DNA from: an uncultured Ignavibacteria bacterium
GTDB taxonomy: Bacteria > Zixibacteria > MSB-5A5 > WJJR01 > JAJRUJ01
Direction of reading: 5' to 3'
DNA length: 64,000 nucleotides
Assembly: GCA_964461835.1 (NCBI GenBank)
Contig: CAYWVO010000012.1
Coordinates: forward strand, 2,478 to 66,477
Both the position numbers and the translations under genes were made by a program. The notes below the pieces were generated by a model. The model was not told the origin of the DNA. It searched no databases and saw only the letters and a program-made list of their open reading frames with translations. This document shows, piece by piece, positions 59,335 to 64,000 of the stretch; position 1 is the stretch's first letter, and each line of letters starts with the position of its first letter.

Positions 59335-60345
59335 ATGAGGATCTGCGTTCCCCTGTTAGGAGAACGTGTCGCACCGCGCTGGAGTATCGCCGATGTCGCG
59401 CTGTTCCTCACGATCCGTCGGGCTCAGATTACCGCGCGCGCGCACCTGCCGGTAACCGGCATCACCTGGTCGAAGTTTTTGCGCATCCTGATGGATCGGG
59501 ATGTCGATACGCTGGTCTGCGGCGGCATTACCTTTGAAGATCGCGAGGCAGTGCAGCAACGCGGTATCGAGGTGATTCATAATGTTGCCGGGACTGCGGA
59601 AGAAGTAGTGGCCGCGCTCTGCCACGGTACGCTCAGCCCGGGATTCGGCATCATGTCCGATCGAAGCAGACAACAAGCGGCGGCAAAATCCTCTCCACAA
59701 ACCGAGATAGCGGCATCTCCGAGTTCATCCACGCTGGAACCACCTCTGGACTGTTTGGCCTGTTCCGACCGACGATGTTGCCATGGCGAGCCTTGTCAAC
59801 CCAAGGCAGTACGGCGAATTCGCCGTCCGGATACGCTGACGCGACACGTTCTGGAATCAGCGCAGGACGTTATCGCCGAGAACGAACGGAAACTCTGTCG
59901 CATTGCGGAACTGGTGTATTTCTGCCTCGGGATGAAGTACCGGAAAATTGGCATTGCGTTCTGTATCGAATTATTCGAACCCACGGAAATCCTGGCCGGT
60001 GTCCTCCGCAGGTTTTTCGAGGTGTACCCGGTGTGCTGCAAAGTGGGCGGGATGATCATGAGAGATCCCTACGCAACGGACGAACACTCCGTGACCACCG
60101 GACCGTCGTCGCACCTGTCCTGTAATCCGCTGGCGCAGGCGGAGATTCTCAACAACATCGGGACCGATGTAAACCTCATCGTTGGGCTTTGTATCGGCGT
60201 CGATAGCGTATTCACCGAGGCGAGCAACGCGCCGGTGACAACACTGTTTGTAAAAGACAAGTCGTTGGCGAACAATCCCATCGGCGCCCTCTACTCGGAT
60301 TACTACCTCAAGGAGGTGACCCAGGCGACAATCCCCGTTGGCTAG
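59335..60345 (+). CDS. NifX/NifB-type FeMo-cofactor/iron-sulfur cluster-binding domain fused to a DUF1847-like Cys-rich domain
   Basis: MRICVPLLGERVAPRWSIADVALFLTI...VDTLVCGGITFEDREAVQQRGIEVIHNVAGTAEEVVAAL (dinitrogenase FeMo-co-binding fold). The C-terminal half carries conserved Cys pairs (CLACSDRRCCHG; YPVCCKVGG; LSCNP; GLCIGVD). Confidence 0.6.
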   Translation: MRICVPLLGERVAPRWSIADVALFLTIRRAQITARAHLPVTGITWSKFLRILMDRDVDTLVCGGITFEDREAVQQRGIEVIHNVAGTAEEVVAALCHGTLSPGFGIMSDRSRQQAAAKSSPQTEIAASPSSSTLEPPLDCLACSDRRCCHGEPCQPKAVRRIRRPDTLTRHVLESAQDVIAENERKLCRIAELVYFCLGMKYRKIGIAFCIELFEPTEILAGVLRRFFEVYPVCCKVGGMIMRDPYATDEHSVTTGPSSHLSCNPLAQAEILNNIGTDVNLIVGLCIGVDSVFTEASNAPVTTLFVKDKSLANNPIGALYSDYYLKEVTQATIPVG

Positions 60346-60410
60346 GGAGGTACCGCGGGAGTGATATTTGAAATGGAAAAGAGAACTTGACCATAGAAGG
60401 TGGAGGAATC

Positions 60411-60932
60411 ATGGCTATTCCAACATTACGGGCGGTCGGCTTTTGCGCCCATTACTCCAAGCAAGGGGACTGGGCCTTCGACTATGCCCTGCGGCTATCG
60501 TGTCTGCACCAGTTGCAACTCAACGTGTTTCATTTCCTCAGCGATCCATACGACCCCGAAGACACGTTGTCTGATCAACTGACGGCGAAAGAGAAAGCCG
60601 CTCTGGCAATCGAGCGCGAACGCGAGTTGCGGCTCTACTATGACCAGCGGGCCGGCGATTATCTGGACGTCGGTTTCCGTCTCTGTGAGGATAACGAATG
60701 GACCGAACTGCATCGGTGCCTGGTCATCCGGGAGTTCCAGGTACTCGTCCTGGGGTATACTGAGCGTGGGGTCACCTTTGCCGGCCGGCCCATCGAGACA
60801 TTTGCTGACAGTTTCGTCTGCCCTGTCGTGTTGGTCGGGCCGGATAATCCGGATCAGTACTATCTGAACAGTCGAGCGGATCTCATCGCGGATAATCTCG
60901 GCCTCCGTCACGGCGTGTGGCAGAAAATTTGA
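60411..60932 (+). CDS. universal stress protein-like (adenine-nucleotide alpha-hydrolase fold)
   Basis: MAIPTLRAVGFCAHYSKQGDWAFDYALRLS...VLVLGY...PVVLVGPD. GGAGG RBS at 60399-60403. Confidence 0.45.
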   Translation: MAIPTLRAVGFCAHYSKQGDWAFDYALRLSCLHQLQLNVFHFLSDPYDPEDTLSDQLTAKEKAALAIERERELRLYYDQRAGDYLDVGFRLCEDNEWTELHRCLVIREFQVLVLGYTERGVTFAGRPIETFADSFVCPVVLVGPDNPDQYYLNSRADLIADNLGLRHGVWQKI

Positions 60933-61090
60933 CAGCTGGTCGTACATCCGCAATGGCAAAAATGGCTCACTTGATGGTTTCATCGGCTGAGGGAACTACC
61001 CGGAGGGCGGGCCGGTGCCGTATAATCTAACGAGGGGCAGATTTTCTGTATCTGTGCCAACGCGTTAACCGATTGATGTAAGGAACCGGT

Positions 61091-62404
61091 ATGCACCCCA
61101 AGTTGAGCGAACTTATTTTCAACAGCATCAGTGATGGTGTGTTTACCGTGGACAAAAACTGCATCATCACCTCCTTCAATCGTGCCGCCGAACAGATTAC
61201 CGGTTTCGAGGCGTCGGAGGCCGTGGGCAAGCACTGCTTTGATATTTTCCGCACGGAACTCTGTCATAAACGCTGTGCGCTGAAAGACACGCTCAAGACC
61301 CATGAGCCGATCGAGAATGCCCGGTTGACCATCATCACGCGCGAGGGATGCGAGTTGCCGATTAAAGTCACCACCACCATGCTTAAAGATGAGGCCGGTA
61401 ACCTGATCGGGGCGGTGGAGTTTTTCCGGGATATCACCGAAATCGAGCAATTGCAGCGGCGTCTGGATGAAAAGCGCGCGCTGGATAATATCGTCAGCGT
61501 TAATCCTGAAATGCAGCAGCTGATTGGGTTGTTGCCAGATGTTGCCGAATCGGAATGTAACGTCCTGATTCAAGGCCCCAGCGGGTGCGGGAAAGAACTC
61601 TTGGCGCAAATCATTCATCATTTGAGTCCCCGAAAGTACGGCCCCTATATTCGCATAAACTGCGCCGCCCTGCCGGCAACACTGTTGGAATCAGAATTAT
61701 TCGGCTATGAGAAGGGGGCTTTCACCGATGCCAAGCGTGATAAGCCGGGACAGTTCTGCCTGGCCAATGGGGGAACGCTGTTGTTAGATGAAATCAGTGA
61801 GATGGACACCGCCTTACAGGTAAAACTGCTGCGGGTGCTCAACAACGGCGAATACCAACCATTGGGCTCCAGCAAAACCATGCGGACCGATGCGCGCATC
61901 ATTGCCGCTACCAACGCAGATTTGCAGGCGGCCATCGCCGACGGACGGTTCCGCGAGGATCTGTTTTATCGGATTAATGTCGTCGAGTTGAATATCCCGC
62001 CATTGCGCGATCGCCCGGAAGACATCCCGCTGTTGGTGGACCATTTTATCAGTTTGTTCAAGAAGAAAACGCACAAGGCAATCGATGGTATTTCGCCCGA
62101 AGCACTGGCCGTGCTGCGGAAATATGCCTTCCCCGGCAATGTCCGTGAGCTGGAAAATACCATTGAACATGCGTTCGTGATGTGTCATGGCCGGCAGCTC
62201 GACGTGGAACATCTCCCGAATCATATCATTGAGAACGGAAAAGGGACCAACGGCATTGTCCCTCAGCGGCGCAATGAAAAAGACGTGATCCTGGAAACCT
62301 TACGCCGCCACCGCGGCAATCGCACCCAGGCAGCGAAAGAACTGGGTGTACACCGGTCTACCCTCTGGCGAAAAATCCAATCGTACGGGATCAATGCGCT
62401 GTGA
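61091..62404 (+). CDS. sigma-54-dependent transcriptional activator with N-terminal PAS sensor domain
   Basis: PAS: IFNSISDGVFTVDKNCIITSFNRAAEQITGF. AAA+: VLIQGPSGCGKELLAQIIH...ESELFGYEKGAFTDA. C-terminal Fis-type HTH: QAAKELGVHRSTLWRKI. Confidence 0.85.
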   Translation: MHPKLSELIFNSISDGVFTVDKNCIITSFNRAAEQITGFEASEAVGKHCFDIFRTELCHKRCALKDTLKTHEPIENARLTIITREGCELPIKVTTTMLKDEAGNLIGAVEFFRDITEIEQLQRRLDEKRALDNIVSVNPEMQQLIGLLPDVAESECNVLIQGPSGCGKELLAQIIHHLSPRKYGPYIRINCAALPATLLESELFGYEKGAFTDAKRDKPGQFCLANGGTLLLDEISEMDTALQVKLLRVLNNGEYQPLGSSKTMRTDARIIAATNADLQAAIADGRFREDLFYRINVVELNIPPLRDRPEDIPLLVDHFISLFKKKTHKAIDGISPEALAVLRKYAFPGNVRELENTIEHAFVMCHGRQLDVEHLPNHIIENGKGTNGIVPQRRNEKDVILETLRRHRGNRTQAAKELGVHRSTLWRKIQSYGINAL

Positions 62405-62556
62405 CTGATCAGCTCACCCGGCATTGGTGTTACCCGGCCCCGCAGGGCATTGAGTCTCGTCGATTGTCGTACATTACGTCGGATGCGTGGTGGTTTTCAG
62501 TGGCGCCCGCTCATGCAGCGTACGATCGATGGTTCCGATAATCCGGGTGATGGCAG

Positions 62557-62988
62557 TTAATGAGGAGGGCGATTGCTGCGCCGAAACAGTGTCTGGGTCC
62601 CGGCGTCAAGGTTCGGCGCGACGATATCGGCACGCTCGAGCTCCTTCCTAACTTCGGACAATCCCAACAGCGAGCCGTTCGTCAGTATCGCAACCTGTGC
62701 CGCATAGCGGTCTTTGATCTGCGTGATCAACCACCCGATATCACGCGACAGCGTTGGCTCGCCATCACCGGAGAACGTCACTACATCGACCGCTTCCTGC
62801 CGCAACCGTTCTTCGATTTGTCGGAGGATATTGTCTTTGGGGAAAAAACGTTCACGCTCTACCTGACAGGGGTTGGTAAGTCCCAGTTGGCAATAGACGC
62901 AATTGTAGGTACACGTCTTCGCCGGGATCAAGCTCACTCCGAGAGAGCGGCCAAACCGCCGTGAACTAACGGGTCCATAGACATACAT
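62557..62988 (-). CDS. radical SAM protein (CX3CX2C), probably 3'-truncated
   Basis: YGPVSSRRFGRSLGVSLIPAKTCTYNCVYCQLG and the glycine-rich SAM motif VTFSGDGEPTL. Only 143 aa; family members are usually >220 aa. Confidence 0.5.
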   Translation of the reverse strand: MYVYGPVSSRRFGRSLGVSLIPAKTCTYNCVYCQLGLTNPCQVERERFFPKDNILRQIEERLRQEAVDVVTFSGDGEPTLSRDIGWLITQIKDRYAAQVAILTNGSLLGLSEVRKELERADIVAPNLDAGTQTLFRRSNRPPH

Positions 62989-63016
62989 GGCAAAGCGTGC
63001 ATCCTTTCCGCATGTT

Positions 63017-63448
63017 TCAGATCTCTGATACCTGCCAGAAACGGGCCTCGCTGCGCACTTTCACCGTTCCTTCCTGCCGCACTGCCGCTCGCAGCGTGAG
63101 CAGCTTGAGCTTGCGTTGGGTGATTGCACAGGTTACCGCCAGCTCTTTATCGGCCAGCACCGGCTGGAGATAGCGAATATGTAAGTCGGCGGTGACCCCG
63201 GCCATACCATGTGCGAACAGGCAATGGGTCATCGCCGAATCCAGTACCATGGCCAAAACGCCGCCGTGCATGATGTTTCGATATCCCTGAAACTGTTTCC
63301 CGCCCGCAAACGCGACATGCATACTTCCATCGGCCTGCGGCGAAAACTGCAACCCGAGTCGAAAAAGATCATTCTGACCGCAAACGACACAATGCGGGTG
63401 CTGTTCGGCGGCAACGGTCGCGTAGTTCGTCTCTGGCTCAGCGCTCAT
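63017..63448 (-). CDS. PaaI/4HBT hot-dog-fold thioesterase
   Basis: HCVVCG...MHGGVLAMVLDSAMTHC. Start set at MSAEPE to avoid overlap with the ferredoxin gene. Confidence 0.55.
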   Translation of the reverse strand: MSAEPETNYATVAAEQHPHCVVCGQNDLFRLGLQFSPQADGSMHVAFAGGKQFQGYRNIMHGGVLAMVLDSAMTHCLFAHGMAGVTADLHIRYLQPVLADKELAVTCAITQRKLKLLTLRAAVRQEGTVKVRSEARFWQVSEI

Positions 63449-63464
63449 ACATTCAATCCTTTGG

Positions 63465-63689
63465 TTACATGGTGAATTTCCCGGCGTCTGGAGGAATCTC
63501 ATTCACCAAGAACAACGCCTGGCCGGGACAGGAATCCACACAGCTCGTACACAAGATACAATCATCACTGCGATGCGGGAAGCCCCGCCACATCGTGATT
63601 GCCTCGACCGGGCATTGCTCCGCGCAGGTGGCGCAGCCGCCACATGCATGGATATCCAGTCGAATTGCCATTTCATTCCCGGAGTGCAC
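63465..63689 (-). CDS. 2x[4Fe-4S] ferredoxin
   Basis: CGGCATCAEQCP and CILCTSCVDSCP motifs in a 74-aa ORF. Confidence 0.7.
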   Translation of the reverse strand: MHSGNEMAIRLDIHACGGCATCAEQCPVEAITMWRGFPHRSDDCILCTSCVDSCPGQALFLVNEIPPDAGKFTM

Positions 63690-64000
63690 GGATTTGCCTT
63701 TAATGAAGATTCCTTGCTCCTGCGTCTCAACACGCTCTGGTTACTGCGTCGGCATCTGCGTCCCGGACACTCCGCTTGAGGATAACGCGGAATTCTTCAC
63801 CGGCATGGGCCACGGTCAACACGGGAGTATCGGTACTATACCCCTCGCGAATGTTCACCGCATCGTTCATGACCGTTGCGTACTCTGTAATCGTGGTCCC
63901 ATCCGCCAGTGCCGGTGACCACTGGACAGTTACAATCAACAACATCAGACACACCTAACCGAAACACTTCTGATACGTCTCATTCACCATCCTCCTGCAT

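Noticed and set aside
63727-63954. 75-aa minus-strand ORF with a signal-peptide-like start (MCLMLLIVTVQWSPALADG) at the window edge
   Set aside because: It is short, has no motif support, and overlaps other ORFs in alternative frames.

Overview
High-GC bacterial chromosomal segment. The T9SS sorting domain, dockerin modules, GlgE-pathway genes and Dsr/Hdr-like genes suggest an uncultivated FCB-superphylum-like lineage; that placement is inference. Main contents: (1) Positions 1-4830 hold a partial nhaA, a GH15 glucoamylase/trehalase-like hydrolase and an SDR glucose-1-dehydrogenase-like gene, then two disrupted genes: a cyclase-family remnant and a 6-phosphogluconate-dehydrogenase-like gene broken by a (gcacg)x3 pentanucleotide expansion. 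(2) 5074-11202 encodes a 2042-aa secreted peptidase-C25 (gingipain-like) protein ending in a tandem dockerin-like module. (3) 11261-27142 is a minus-strand alpha-glucan/trehalose supercluster, malQ-treY-GH57-treZ-glgB-treS/mak-glgE, with start/stop-codon overlaps at 12757/12758 (malQ/treY), 15547 and 17967-17970. (4) A pyruvate-dehydrogenase operon, aceE-E2-lpdA. (5) 33188-34976 holds a Na/Pi-cotransporter gene whose tail is replaced by a kinase-less sensor fragment (HAMP-PAS). (6) A thrombospondin-type-3-repeat protein carries the same dockerin-like C-terminus, next to a GluR0-like ligand-gated K+ channel. (7) 38236-51532 is a ten-gene plus-strand array. A sensor kinase and a sigma54 response regulator are followed by a small membrane protein, four signal-peptide/outer-membrane proteins, and a divergent GrpE-like/lidless Hsp70/membrane J-domain-like triad. 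This array is the strongest candidate for an undescribed envelope-associated chaperone system. (8) A T9SS-sorted beta-helix protein. (9) 53850-58807 is a DsrMKJOP/Hmc-like membrane redox module in which the NrfD-like subunit is fused to a hexaheme cytochrome c domain. (10) A consensus sigma54 promoter precedes a NifX-like/DUF1847 gene, a Usp-like gene and a PAS-sigma54 activator, followed by radical-SAM, thioesterase and ferredoxin genes. No rRNA, tRNA, CRISPR array or obvious mobile element was seen.
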